A stretch of 64,000 nt of DNA from Bryobacteraceae bacterium (GTDB lineage Bacteria > Acidobacteriota > Terriglobia > Bryobacterales > Bryobacteraceae): contig CBDDIZ010000011.1 of assembly GCA_965229305.1 (NCBI GenBank), positions 236 to 64,235 of the forward strand, given 5' to 3'. This document shows, in pieces, positions 13,501 through 22,482 of this stretch. A model generated the notes under the pieces. The model saw nothing but the letters and a program-made list of their open reading frames with translations, did no database searches and had not been told where the DNA came from. The stretch's first letter is position 1, and every line of letters starts with the position of its first letter. The translations under genes were made by a program, and so were the position numbers.

Positions 13501-13835
13501 CCGCGCAGAACTCCTACTTCAACACCGCGGCCTTCGCCTACCCGCCGGCCTTCACCGCCGGGACGCTGGGCCGCAACGTCCTGGAAAGCCCCGGTCTCCA
13601 GTGGACCCAGCTTTCGCTCTCAAAAACGATTCTCGTGAAAGAGCGTTTCCGCTTCACCGTCCGCTGGGATTGCAACAATCCCACCAAGCAACCGCAGCTC
13701 GCCGACCCGGGCGGCGTCTACAATTTGCAGAGCATCGCCGCCTTCGGCCGCTTCAACGGGATTGGCCGCGGCAGCTTCTCCGACATCGGCACCGCGCGCA
13801 TGCACCACGTGATCGTTGGGCGCTTCGAATTCTAA
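10515..13835 (+). CDS. TonB-dependent receptor with N-terminal carboxypeptidase-regulatory-like domain (1106 aa)
   Basis: Signal peptide ends in WAQ. CarboxypepD_reg-like segment GTVSDTTGAVVPGAKIAVRNTGT..DGSYYVPNLPSGTYDLTVEGQGFK. Long beta-barrel ending in an aromatic residue (GRFEF). Confidence 0.9.
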   Translation: MYRFVSVVLLTAVSLWAQSTGTASLVGTVSDTTGAVVPGAKIAVRNTGTQFLYESQTNADGSYYVPNLPSGTYDLTVEGQGFKRFVQSGLILRISESPRIDVKLEIGSVTDSVKVDATPPLLETESASSGQVLDGEVVEKLPVMQKFVHRVLLYMPGMTNINGQHAVGQRQRAIGYSMDGVNGKEPAVGQLGDYQRTMIASLDSIQEFKMWTTGSPAEFGHSAGGQLSLVFKGGTNQFHATLEDRYTNGKLIHRAYLEQLPRTGAFAYHEWGFTGSGPIIKDKTFFFGGFQQHYEKVSETVIVTVPSPEMLAGNFSFGGRGLPLYNPFSTRQNGTTWVRDALPNNQVPLSQVDPVVRKLIDLKPWLPQSDPGTIQPTGPVNNLTYNAGGAYDFRRYDGKVDHQFTTNHKIFGRYSLVRHRSEERPVRELSSVLYGNVYVKPLDQSNIVVSDTLTLSPTTINEVRLGFNRRVNSAVPESYGADWAKQLGIPGVSAETFPDFQNSGGARYYNLGPGGKSKDVAEDFTFQENFTKIIGKHTLKVGYELMRTRYNSLQASLPSGQYRMTGTELPFTPNTGNPFANLLFGTVGQGVFQQVRATWLPRWWSQAWYAQSTWRPVRNLTVEMGLRWSYESPFSTKYGQQSQFDPTATDPLTGLKGAIIHGKGNLAKRDLNNFQPRLGIAWNFNPRAVLRSSFGLYTVDLMTNAAGQNFEEYIATANVQAPVGDPRHAFLLSQGPGAITFPTAADGSVPFVGTNYGGRAASWFDPNMRLPYVGMWSTGIQYQLTKNWVAETLYQGSSGVGLLNNWDINAIPLNISTDPTQLNAIFNASQNYKPYPQFGSIQHYSNYGHNSHHSGTFRIERRYAQGMTLTAFYQLGKTLNDGDDDGGRSGITFYNRQLEKGRASYDIRHRFVSVMTYELPFGKGRKFMNGGGVKNYFLGNWDLAWTQTFQSGPPMLITAAGSPNRYLPGMVRPNAVLPADQMVVPDYSVGARFPLAAQNSYFNTAAFAYPPAFTAGTLGRNVLESPGLQWTQLSLSKTILVKERFRFTVRWDCNNPTKQPQLADPGGVYNLQSIAAFGRFNGIGRGSFSDIGTARMHHVIVGRFEF

Positions 13836-13935
13836 CGGAGATCATTGATTAACATTATTTCTTCCTTAGACTCACTCTGATAAAACGGATTCGCTACGAG
13901 ATCCGGTATTTCTGCCTGAAATCGTTGCATTCCCC

Positions 13936-13978
13936 ATCACTCCGCCGTTACCCTCGGCGGAGTGATCCCTATTTCTTC
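13936..13978 (+). terminator. Candidate terminator after the first TonB-dependent receptor
   Basis: Perfect 12-bp stem ATCACTCCGCCG / CGGCGGAGTGAT (13936-13947 / 13955-13966). The following tract CCCTATTTCTTC is only moderately T-rich. Confidence 0.4.
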
Positions 13979-13979
13979 A

Positions 13980-14008
13980 TTGACTTCCTTCGTCACCGGC
14001 GCTAAGTT
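13980..14008 (+). promoter_or_regulatory. Candidate promoter for the second TonB-dependent receptor
   Basis: TTGACT, 17-nt spacer, TAAGTT, in an AT-rich intergenic region. SD AAGGGGA lies just before the ATG at 14043. Confidence 0.3.
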
Positions 14009-14042
14009 TTTATAAAGTTTTGTGTTGTTGATAAGGGGAAGA

Positions 14043-17000
14043 ATGAAACATTTTGGGACGGTCTGCCTGCGTTTTGTGGCGACTCTTGCCTGTCTGATTG
14101 CCCTCTCGGTGCCCTCGTCGGCCCAAACTCTGTATGGTTCGCTCGTTGGGAGCGTTCAAGACTCCTCTGGGGCGCTGATGCCCGATGCCAAGGTCTCGAT
14201 GACCAACAAAGGCACCGGCCTGGTCCTCGAAGGTGTCACAGATTCGAACGGCAATTTCACGGTGAGCAACGTGCCGCCCGGCACCTACGACGTGAAGGTC
14301 AATCTCGCTGGCTTCAAAGGCCAGTCGGTGACGGACCTGCTGATCACCGTCAATACGGTGAGCCGCCTCGACTTCAAAATGGAAGTTGGCGCGGTTAGCG
14401 ATCAGATCACGGTGGCTGCCGAAGTTACGCAATTACAGACAGATAAGGCGGATACTCACACGGAAATCCGCGCGGATCTCGTCAAAAACCTCCCTTTGCC
14501 CGGCCTACGTAACTACCAGACGTTCATCAATCTGGTCCCCGGCGCCACCCCTGGCGCCTTCCAAAATTCGGTCACTGATACGCCGCAGCGCTCGCTGCGG
14601 ACGAACATCAATGGCACCAACGCCAACAACAACGTCACCCGCATTGACGGCGCCGCCAGCGTGAACCTCTGGCTGCCCCACCACGCGGGCTACGTGATGC
14701 CGGCCGAAATGGTGGAAACCGTCAACGTCACCACCACCTCCGGCGACGCCGAACAGGGTATGGCTGGCGGCGCGGCGATCACCGTGGTGACCAAGAGCGG
14801 GACCAACTCTTTCCACGGCAGTGCCTTCGAATTTCACGATAATCAGCGCTTAAAGGCTCGCAACTTCTTCTCCACGATTGCCAAGCCGAAGAGCATCTAC
14901 AACAACTTCGGCGGCACGATCGGCGGCCCGATCGTCAAGAACAAGTTGTTCTTCTTTTACAGCCATGACAACACCCGTCAGCGCGTCGGGCAGTTCGCCA
15001 CCTACTCGGTGCCCAGCCCGACGATCCGCACCGGCAACTTCGGCAACATCAGCACCCTGATCTACGATCCGAACACGGGTAACACCGCCACCGGTACCGG
15101 CCGCAGCGTCTTCCCGGGCAATGTCATCCCGGCCTCGCGCATCAGCCCGATCGCCCAGAAGATTCAGGCCTACTACCCGACGCCGACCATCGCCCAGGAA
15201 CTGAACAACTACCAGGCTTCGATCGTGCCCACGTTCAACCGCATGTACAACGACATCAAGTTGAACTACCAGCGCAACGCGAACCACATGATCTGGGGTC
15301 GCTATGGCCAGATGGATGCGCTCTCGGGCGGCACCGGTATCTTCGGCGACGCCGTCGGTCCGGCCCCCGGTGCGGACGCCGCCCTTGGCGACACCACGGT
15401 GCGCAACATGTCGATCGGCCACACGATGACCCTCAGCTCGAACCTCCTGCTCGACGGCGTCATCGGTTACCAGCGCATGGATCAGTTCGTCCGCAACCAG
15501 GACTTCGGTAAGGACTTCGCCACCACACTGGGCATCCCCGGCCTGGGTGGAAGCGACCCCCGTGTGCAGGGCTTCCCGAACATCAGCTTCAATACCTACG
15601 CCAACTTCGGCGCGCCCGGCTGGACGCCCACCGAACGCAAGGAAGAAAGCTTCACCACTTCGCAGAACGTGCGCTGGGTGAAGGGCAAGCACAACCTCGC
15701 CTTCGGCTTTGACGGCGTGCTCCACCGCCTCACCCACTGGCAGCCGGAGAACGGCTTTGGCCCGCGCGGTGGCTTCAACTTCAACGGCGGCGTCACCGGC
15801 AACGGTTCGTTCAACAACTACAACAGCTACGCGGCCTTCCTCCTCGGCCTGCCGAACCAGATTCAGAAGGCCGTGCAGAACATCATCGCCACCGGCCGTG
15901 AATGGCAGTTCGGCCTCTACGCCCAGGACCGCTTCCAGCTCACCCGCAAGCTCACCGTTAGCTGGGGTCTGCGCTACGAGTACTACCCGCTCATGGGCCG
16001 CGCCAACGGCAAGGGTCTCGAGCGCCTGGTGCCCGAAACGAACCTGATCTATCTCGGCGGCCGCGGCAACGTCCCCCGCGACAATGGCTTCTCGGTCAGC
16101 AAAAAGAACTTCGCTCCCCGCCTGGGTATCGCTTACCGCGTCAACGACAAAACGGTCATCCGCACGGGCTACGGCATCAACTTCAGCCCGCTGCCCTGGT
16201 CGCGTCCGCTCCGTGGCTTCTACCCGGTCGTCATCAACCTGAACCTCGTCTCGGCGAACGACAACGTGGCCGTCCGCTCGCTGGCGGAAGGCATCCCGGC
16301 GATCCCCACCCCGGATCTCTCCTCCGGCGTCGTCGCTCTGCCGCGTGACGCGGACATGCGCACCCCGATCGGTGGCGAACTCCACCGTGGTTATACGCAG
16401 AGCTGGAACTTCACCATTGAACGCCGCCTGCCCGGTTCGATCGTTTCCCAAATCGCCTATGTCGGCACGCAGAGCACCCACCTCATGGGTGACCTCGACG
16501 TGAACTCCGGCCAGATTCTCGGCGCCGGCAACGCAGGACGTCCTTACTCGGCGCCCTTCGGCCGCAACATCGCCACCCTGCTCTGGGACGGCTACTTGAG
16601 CTCGAACTATCACGCGCTGCAGGCGCAGGTCCGCCGCTCGGCGAAGGGCCTGACGCTGCAGGGTGCCTACACTTGGTCTAAGGCGATCAACTTCGCCGAC
16701 GACGAAGGTTGGCAGGGCACGTCCTATAACTGGGCCCCGGCCTTCTATCGCAACCGCTCTGCCGCCGGTTATGACCGCCGCCACATGCTGCAACTCGGCT
16801 ACGTCTATGACCTGCCGCTCGGCAAGGGCCATCGTCTCGCCAGTGGCCGCGTTGCCTCGCAGGTCCTCGGTGGTTGGTCCATCTCGGGTGTCACCTCGGC
16901 CTACACGGGCACGCCGTTCTCGCCCAGTTCGCCCAGCGGTACGCTGAACCTTCCCGGCAACATCCAGACCCCGGATCAGGTGAAGCTCGATGTGGCTCGC

Positions 17001-17327
17001 CCCGAAGGCATCGGCCCCGGCACCACCTTCTACGACACCAGTGCCTTCGCGGCGGTCAACCTGAACGGTGGCCCGGCTCGCTTCGGCACCATGGGCCGCA
17101 ACAGCCTGCGCAACCCGGGCGTCTTCCGCAACGACCTTACGCTCGGCAAAACCTTCGGCTTCTGGGAAAAGGTGAACCTCACCTTCCGCGCCGAGGCGTA
17201 CAACTTCACCAACAGCCGGATCTCCACCAGCTTCTCCTCTACCGACGTCTCGAATGCGAACTTCCTTCGCGTCCTCAGCGCCTCGGACGAACGGCAAGTG
17301 CGATTCTCGCTGGCGCTCCGTTTCTAA
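14043..17327 (+). CDS. TonB-dependent receptor with carboxypeptidase-regulatory-like domain (~1094 aa)
   Basis: Signal peptide ..SVPSSAQT. GSVQDSSGALMPDAKVSMTNKGT..NGNFTVSNVPPGTYDVKVNLAGFK. C-terminal SLALRF. ATG at 14043 preferred over the track start because of the SD. Confidence 0.9.
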   Translation: MKHFGTVCLRFVATLACLIALSVPSSAQTLYGSLVGSVQDSSGALMPDAKVSMTNKGTGLVLEGVTDSNGNFTVSNVPPGTYDVKVNLAGFKGQSVTDLLITVNTVSRLDFKMEVGAVSDQITVAAEVTQLQTDKADTHTEIRADLVKNLPLPGLRNYQTFINLVPGATPGAFQNSVTDTPQRSLRTNINGTNANNNVTRIDGAASVNLWLPHHAGYVMPAEMVETVNVTTTSGDAEQGMAGGAAITVVTKSGTNSFHGSAFEFHDNQRLKARNFFSTIAKPKSIYNNFGGTIGGPIVKNKLFFFYSHDNTRQRVGQFATYSVPSPTIRTGNFGNISTLIYDPNTGNTATGTGRSVFPGNVIPASRISPIAQKIQAYYPTPTIAQELNNYQASIVPTFNRMYNDIKLNYQRNANHMIWGRYGQMDALSGGTGIFGDAVGPAPGADAALGDTTVRNMSIGHTMTLSSNLLLDGVIGYQRMDQFVRNQDFGKDFATTLGIPGLGGSDPRVQGFPNISFNTYANFGAPGWTPTERKEESFTTSQNVRWVKGKHNLAFGFDGVLHRLTHWQPENGFGPRGGFNFNGGVTGNGSFNNYNSYAAFLLGLPNQIQKAVQNIIATGREWQFGLYAQDRFQLTRKLTVSWGLRYEYYPLMGRANGKGLERLVPETNLIYLGGRGNVPRDNGFSVSKKNFAPRLGIAYRVNDKTVIRTGYGINFSPLPWSRPLRGFYPVVINLNLVSANDNVAVRSLAEGIPAIPTPDLSSGVVALPRDADMRTPIGGELHRGYTQSWNFTIERRLPGSIVSQIAYVGTQSTHLMGDLDVNSGQILGAGNAGRPYSAPFGRNIATLLWDGYLSSNYHALQAQVRRSAKGLTLQGAYTWSKAINFADDEGWQGTSYNWAPAFYRNRSAAGYDRRHMLQLGYVYDLPLGKGHRLASGRVASQVLGGWSISGVTSAYTGTPFSPSSPSGTLNLPGNIQTPDQVKLDVARPEGIGPGTTFYDTSAFAAVNLNGGPARFGTMGRNSLRNPGVFRNDLTLGKTFGFWEKVNLTFRAEAYNFTNSRISTSFSSTDVSNANFLRVLSASDERQVRFSLALRF

Positions 17328-17350
17328 CGGTTGCGTTTCCTCAAGAAAAC

Positions 17351-17385
17351 AACGGCTCCGGTTCCACCGGAGCCGTTTTCTTTTG
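17351..17385 (+). terminator. Rho-independent terminator after the second TonB-dependent receptor
   Basis: Perfect 11-bp stem AACGGCTCCGG / CCGGAGCCGTT, loop TTCCA, followed by TTCTTTTG. Confidence 0.75.
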
Positions 17386-17387
17386 CC

Positions 17388-18869
17388 ATGCTAAAGAGAA
17401 GCATGATTCCGGTCCTCTTCACCGCGCTCCTGCTGGCGCAGGTACCGAATCTCGAACAGAAAGCCGCCGCCGCCAAAGAGGCCATGGCCGACGGAAAGTT
17501 CCCCGAAGCCGCCGCCCTCTATGCCGACCTCGTCAAAGCGCTCCCCGGCAATGGCGGCCTGCTGATGAACCAGGGCATGGCGCTGCACATGGCCGGCGAG
17601 GATGCCCGCTCCATCCCCATCCTGGAAGCCGCCGTCAAGGCCGGCGCGCCGCCGCCCACGTACCTCTTCCTTGGCGCGTCTTACCTGCGCACCGGCCAAC
17701 CTGCCAAGGCCATCGCCCCCCTCAAGCGCTTCGCCGCGGCTGACCCGCAACACGTCGAAGTCCGCCTGATGCTGGTCGACGCCGCCACGGGCGCCGGCCA
17801 GCCCTCCGAAGCACTCCCGCCTCTTGAATCCCTCGCCAACCTCGACCCTCAGCGCCCGGCCGTTTGGTATCAGCTCGCGCGCACCTACGAAGACCTCGCC
17901 GCGGCCGACTTTATCCAGCTCGAAAAGAAGTTCCCCGAAAGCGGCCCCCACTTCGCCCTCCTGGCCGACTCGCGGTCCAAAGTCAGCCAAAGCCGCGCCG
18001 CCTTCTTCTTCTACCGCCAAGCCCTCACCAAAGCGCCCCGCATGCGCGGTCTCCACCAAGCCATCGCCGACATCTACCGCCGCGCTGGCGAGCCGTCCTG
18101 GGCTCTTAGCGAAGAGGCCGCCGAAGTGAAGCTCGGTCCGCCAGCCTGCCCGGCGCTCAATACGCCCGAATGCGCCTTCGCCGCCAGACAGTTCGGCAAG
18201 GCGATCGCGCTGGCGAAAGCGCAACCCACCGCCGACGGCTATTACTGGCGCATCCGTGCCTACGACGCTCTGGCCCGCAAGGCCTTCGCCCGCCTGGGGC
18301 AATTGCCCGAATCGCCCGAAGCGTTTCGCTTCCAGGCCGAAACTCATCGTGACGCCAACCGGCCTGCCGAAGCCGCGGCCGCTTGGCGCGAAGCTCTGCG
18401 CCTGGCGCCCAACCATCCCGACTTCCGCCGCGAACTCGTCGCCTCACTGATCCAGGCGAAGGACTACGAAGGCGCGCAGAAAGAGCTGGACCCGCTCCTC
18501 GCCGGCACCCCCACCGCCGACGTCCTCTTTTTGCAAGGCGACCTCCTGCTTGCCCAACAAGCGCCCGACAAAGCCATCGACGCCCTCACCAAGGCTGTCC
18601 GCGCTGACCCGCAGATGCTGCCCGCGCGCGCCGCGCTGGCCCGCGCTCTGTTGCAAGCTGGCCGAGCCGACGAAGCCTTGCCCCATGCCACCGCCGCCCT
18701 GCCCATCGACACCGATGGCAGCCTGCACTTCCAACTGGCACGTGCCTATCAAGCGGCCGGTAAGTCCGCCGAGGCCCAGGCCGCCATGGCCAAATACCAA
18801 CAGTTGCAAGCGCGCACGCGGGAGCAGGAACGCGTCGTCGACGAGCAGGTGAAGATCACGCCGCCATGA
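17388..18869 (+). CDS. Secreted TPR-repeat protein
   Basis: ATG lies directly after the terminator. Signal/anchor MLKRSMIPVLFTALLLAQ. Multiple TPR-like Ala-rich repeats. The track N-terminus (17331) runs through the terminator hairpin. Confidence 0.8.
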   Translation: MLKRSMIPVLFTALLLAQVPNLEQKAAAAKEAMADGKFPEAAALYADLVKALPGNGGLLMNQGMALHMAGEDARSIPILEAAVKAGAPPPTYLFLGASYLRTGQPAKAIAPLKRFAAADPQHVEVRLMLVDAATGAGQPSEALPPLESLANLDPQRPAVWYQLARTYEDLAAADFIQLEKKFPESGPHFALLADSRSKVSQSRAAFFFYRQALTKAPRMRGLHQAIADIYRRAGEPSWALSEEAAEVKLGPPACPALNTPECAFAARQFGKAIALAKAQPTADGYYWRIRAYDALARKAFARLGQLPESPEAFRFQAETHRDANRPAEAAAAWREALRLAPNHPDFRRELVASLIQAKDYEGAQKELDPLLAGTPTADVLFLQGDLLLAQQAPDKAIDALTKAVRADPQMLPARAALARALLQAGRADEALPHATAALPIDTDGSLHFQLARAYQAAGKSAEAQAAMAKYQQLQARTREQERVVDEQVKITPP

Positions 18870-20431
18870 TGCTCCTGGTCCTCCTCTCGCTCGCCCAGCT
18901 CCGTTTTGAAAATGCCGGCAGCGTGCCGTTCACGCTGCAAAACCATCCCACCGCCCAGAAGCAGATGATCGAGACGATGCCCGGTGGCATCGCTATCTTC
19001 GATTACAACGGCGACGGCCGCCCCGACCTGTTCTTCGCCAATGGCGCCGCCGTCCCCTCGCTGCGGAAGGAAGGCCCCAAGGACTGGAACCGCCTCTATC
19101 GCAACGATGGCGGCTGGAAGTTCACTGACGTCACCGAAGCTGCCGGCCTGCAAGGCGAAGGCTACGCCATGGGCGTCGCCGCTGGTGACTTCGACGGCGA
19201 CGGCCACCCGGACCTGTTCGTCGCCGGCGTCTACCGCAACACGCTCTACCGCAATCTCGGCAACGGCAAGTTTGCCGATGTCACTGTCGGCTCCGGCCTC
19301 AAAAGCGACGAATGGAGCGTCACCGCTGGCTGGTTCGACTTTGACCAGGACGGCAAGCTCGACCTGCTGGTCACCAACTACGGCAAATGGAACGCTGCCG
19401 AGAACCGCTTCTGCGGCGATGCCACCCGCGCCCTCCGCATCTATTGCCACCCCAAGTACTTCGATCCCCGGCCCAATCAGCTCTATCGCAATCTCGGCGG
19501 CGGCAAGTTCGAGGACGTCTCCGTCAAAAGCGGCATCGCCACCCACAAAGGCCGCGGCATGGCCATCGCCTTTGCCGACTACGATGGCGACGGCCGCCTG
19601 GACGTGTTCGTTACTAACGACAATCTCCCCAACTTCCTCTTCCACAATCTGGGCCAAGGCAAGTTCGAGGAGGTGGCACTACTGGCCGGCGTCGCCCTCC
19701 TCGATCATGGCAAACCCATTGCCAGCATGGGCGCCGACTTCCGCGACTACGACAACGATGGCCGGCCCGACATCGTTCTTACGGCCCTCAACGGCGAGAC
19801 CTTCCCCGTCTTCCACAACGAAGGCCGCGGGAGCTTCACGGATCGCACTTTCGCCACCCAGGTCGCCAAGCTCAGCAACACCCGTGGCGGCTGGGGCGTC
19901 GGTTGGGTGGATTTCGACAACGACGGCGCCAAGGACCTCTTCACCGCCAACTCCCACGTCAACGACCTCGTCGAAAAGTTCGAAGCCGCCCGCTATCTTC
20001 AACCCAACGCCGTCTTTCGCCAGGTGAAAGGCAAGTTCACCGAAGTGGCCGACAGTGGGCTCGACCCGGCCGTCGCCGCCCACCGCGGCGCTGCCTTTGC
20101 CGACCTCGATCGCGATGGCCGCGTCGATGTTGTCGTCACCGCGCTCGGCGCGCCAGTCGAACTCTGGCGCAATGTCACGCCCGACGCGGGCCACTGGCTC
20201 GCCCTCGATCTCGTCAACGGCCTGGGCGCGCGCGTCGAAGTGGACGGCCAACACCAGACCTTCACCTCCAGCCTCAGCTATGCCTCCTCGGTGCTGGACG
20301 GCGTCCACTTCGGCCTTGGCGCTGCGGCCACTCCGCGCCAAGTCACGATCGTCTGGCCCTCGGGCCAGCGCCAGGTCCTCACCGGCGTCGCCGTCGATCA
20401 GCGCCTCCGCGTTGTGGAACCGAAGCGATAG
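18866..20431 (+). CDS. FG-GAP/VCBS repeat protein with ASPIC/UnbV-like C-terminus (CRTAC1 family)
   Basis: Seven Ca-binding-type repeats (FDYNGDGRPDLF, GDFDGDGHPDLF, FDFDQDGKLDLL, ADYDGDGRLDVF, RDYDNDGRPDIV, VDFDNDGAKDLF, ADLDRDGRVDVV). ATGA overlap with the TPR gene. Confidence 0.8.
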   Translation: MMLLVLLSLAQLRFENAGSVPFTLQNHPTAQKQMIETMPGGIAIFDYNGDGRPDLFFANGAAVPSLRKEGPKDWNRLYRNDGGWKFTDVTEAAGLQGEGYAMGVAAGDFDGDGHPDLFVAGVYRNTLYRNLGNGKFADVTVGSGLKSDEWSVTAGWFDFDQDGKLDLLVTNYGKWNAAENRFCGDATRALRIYCHPKYFDPRPNQLYRNLGGGKFEDVSVKSGIATHKGRGMAIAFADYDGDGRLDVFVTNDNLPNFLFHNLGQGKFEEVALLAGVALLDHGKPIASMGADFRDYDNDGRPDIVLTALNGETFPVFHNEGRGSFTDRTFATQVAKLSNTRGGWGVGWVDFDNDGAKDLFTANSHVNDLVEKFEAARYLQPNAVFRQVKGKFTEVADSGLDPAVAAHRGAAFADLDRDGRVDVVVTALGAPVELWRNVTPDAGHWLALDLVNGLGARVEVDGQHQTFTSSLSYASSVLDGVHFGLGAAATPRQVTIVWPSGQRQVLTGVAVDQRLRVVEPKR

Positions 20432-20440
20432 AATCTTCCC

Positions 20441-22453
20441 GTGCGTTATCTGCTGCTGCTCACCGCGCTCGCGGCGCGCGCCGAAGTGGCGCCGCAACTG
20501 GTGTGGTCCGGGCCGAACGTCACGCTGCTGGGCAGTCCTTCGCCGGATGGCCAATGGCTCTCCTATGTCGATGCGGCGGAACTCGCCGTCCGCGGCGCAA
20601 ACGAGACGCGCCGCCTCACCCGCCGGCCGGCAGGCTCCAAAGAGTTTGCTTACTTCTCGATCTTCGCGCCCGACTCCCGGCGCCTCGCCTATGCCTGGTT
20701 CAACGCCGACGGCTTCTACGAACTCCGCACCACCACCATCGACGGCGAAGCACCTCGCGTCATCTACCGCAACGAAGAGACGGCGTTCGTCCAGCCCTGC
20801 GCCTGGTCGCCTGACGGCACGCAGATTCTCACGCTGCTTTTCCGCCGCGACAACACCAGCCAGATCGCCATCATCCCCGCCGCCGGCGGGCGTGCCCGCG
20901 TGCTGCGATCTTTGCCCTGGATCTATCCCAAGAAAATGGACTTCTCGCCCGATGGCCGGTGGATCGTCTATGACCGTTTCCGCGTCGAAGGCCGCCCCGA
21001 ACGTGCCGTCTATCTGCTCGCCGTCGATGGCGGCCAGGAGACGCCGTTGCTCGAGACCGCTGCCAGCCATCTGTTCCCGCTCTGGTCGCCCGACGGCCAG
21101 CGCATTTACTACGTTGACGAAGCCACCGCCGATCTCTACGCCGTCCGCGTGGAAGGCGCGCAACGCGCTGGGTCTCCGGAGCGCGTTGCGCAAGGCTTGG
21201 GGCGCCTTCTGCCGATGGCCATCACCGCCGCTCGCGACCTTTACTACGGCTTGCGCGCCGGCCGCACTGACGTGATGACGCCGGCCGGCGCCATCAAAAC
21301 TCGTTTCCCTGGCCAGAACAGTTCGCCCGCCTGGAGCGCCGACGGCCAGACCCTCGCCTACCTCTCGCGCCGCGGCACCGAGAACTATGGCCGCGAAAGC
21401 CGCGTCATCGTGCTGAATCGTCCTCAGGAGAACGACGAGCGCGAACTGCCCTGGTCCATTGCCCTGATGGAAGCCGTCGGCTGGGAGAGCCCGCAATCGT
21501 TGCTGATCACCGGCGCCGATAGCGTCGGTCGCGAAGGTACCTTTCGCTTGAACCTTGAGAGCGGCGAGTTCACTTGGCTCCATGCCGAACGCCGCCGTCA
21601 GTTCGGAGATGCCCAACGCGCCTGGACCGTCGGCGAGCAAAAGAACCAGGTCTGGAAGCTCAAGCTCCCGGCCGTGCGCGCCGCCGTGCCTCTGGGGCTC
21701 GATGCCTTTCTGCCCGTGCCCGCGGACAATCCTCTCACCCCCGAAAAAGTCGCCCTCGGTAAGCGCCTTTTCTTCGACCGACGCCTCTCCCGCGACAGCA
21801 CGATCGCCTGCTCCACCTGCCATCAGCCCGAGTACGCCTTCAGCGACTCGCGTCCGCTCGCCGTCGGCGTCGGCGGCCAAGTGGGTCCCCGTCGCAGTCC
21901 ACGGCTCGCCAATCGCGCTTACGGCTATCGCTTCTTCTGGGATGGCCGCGCCGAGAGTCTCGAAGCTCAGGTCGTGCAGCCCATCGAGAATCCCAAGGAG
22001 ATGGACCTGCCTGTTGCCGACGCCGCTCAGCGGGTCGGGCTCAGCGTGCTGGAATTGCAGCAGGCCCTCGCGAGTTACGTTCGCACCATCCTCTCCGGTG
22101 ACTCACCCTATGATCGCTACGGCGCCGGCGACCCGAATGCTCTCACGCCCGACCAACGCGCGGGGCTGGCACTCTTCCGCGGCAAAGCCCGTTGCGCCTC
22201 TTGCCACGTCGGCCCCAATCTCACCGACGAAAAGCTGCACGACACCGGCCTCGGCGACGGCGCCATGAAGACGCCTTCTCTGCGCGACGTCGCCAGGACT
22301 CCGCCATACATGCACAACGGCTCGCTCGCCACGCTCCCCAGCGTCATCGAACACTATCAGCGCCGGCTTTCCTTCCAACTAACTGCCGCTGAACAACAGC
22401 AGTTAGTCTCCTTCCTCCATTCCCTCTCCGGTACCCTGCGCGACGGTTACTAA
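20441..22453 (+). CDS. Fusion protein: TolB-like beta-propeller (PD40-type repeats) + di-haem cytochrome c peroxidase/MauG-like domain
   Basis: N-terminal ~400 aa contain repeats of the SPDG../WSPDGQ type. C-terminal ~265 aa contain CSTCH and CASCH, FFWDGRAESLEAQ and PSLRDVARTPPYMHNGSLATL. GTG start. Confidence 0.8.
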   Translation: MRYLLLLTALAARAEVAPQLVWSGPNVTLLGSPSPDGQWLSYVDAAELAVRGANETRRLTRRPAGSKEFAYFSIFAPDSRRLAYAWFNADGFYELRTTTIDGEAPRVIYRNEETAFVQPCAWSPDGTQILTLLFRRDNTSQIAIIPAAGGRARVLRSLPWIYPKKMDFSPDGRWIVYDRFRVEGRPERAVYLLAVDGGQETPLLETAASHLFPLWSPDGQRIYYVDEATADLYAVRVEGAQRAGSPERVAQGLGRLLPMAITAARDLYYGLRAGRTDVMTPAGAIKTRFPGQNSSPAWSADGQTLAYLSRRGTENYGRESRVIVLNRPQENDERELPWSIALMEAVGWESPQSLLITGADSVGREGTFRLNLESGEFTWLHAERRRQFGDAQRAWTVGEQKNQVWKLKLPAVRAAVPLGLDAFLPVPADNPLTPEKVALGKRLFFDRRLSRDSTIACSTCHQPEYAFSDSRPLAVGVGGQVGPRRSPRLANRAYGYRFFWDGRAESLEAQVVQPIENPKEMDLPVADAAQRVGLSVLELQQALASYVRTILSGDSPYDRYGAGDPNALTPDQRAGLALFRGKARCASCHVGPNLTDEKLHDTGLGDGAMKTPSLRDVARTPPYMHNGSLATLPSVIEHYQRRLSFQLTAAEQQQLVSFLHSLSGTLRDGY

Positions 22454-22482
22454 CTACAGCGCGGCCGGGGGGGACTCCCCAC

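Noticed and set aside
14850-17297. 815-aa ORF on the minus strand antisense to the second TonB-dependent receptor
   Set aside because: Its composition is extreme Arg/Ala/Gly/Val with no motifs, and it lies entirely inside a well-supported receptor gene. This is a typical GC-driven shadow ORF.
19679-21880. 733-aa minus-strand ORF spanning the FG-GAP and peroxidase-fusion genes. Similar long antisense ORFs occur at 43942-46095, 29220-31034, 24304-25857, 3105-3956 and 18749-19657.
   Set aside because: All are antisense to genes with clear family motifs. All have Ala/Gly/Arg/Asp-rich low-information sequences and no recognisable domains.
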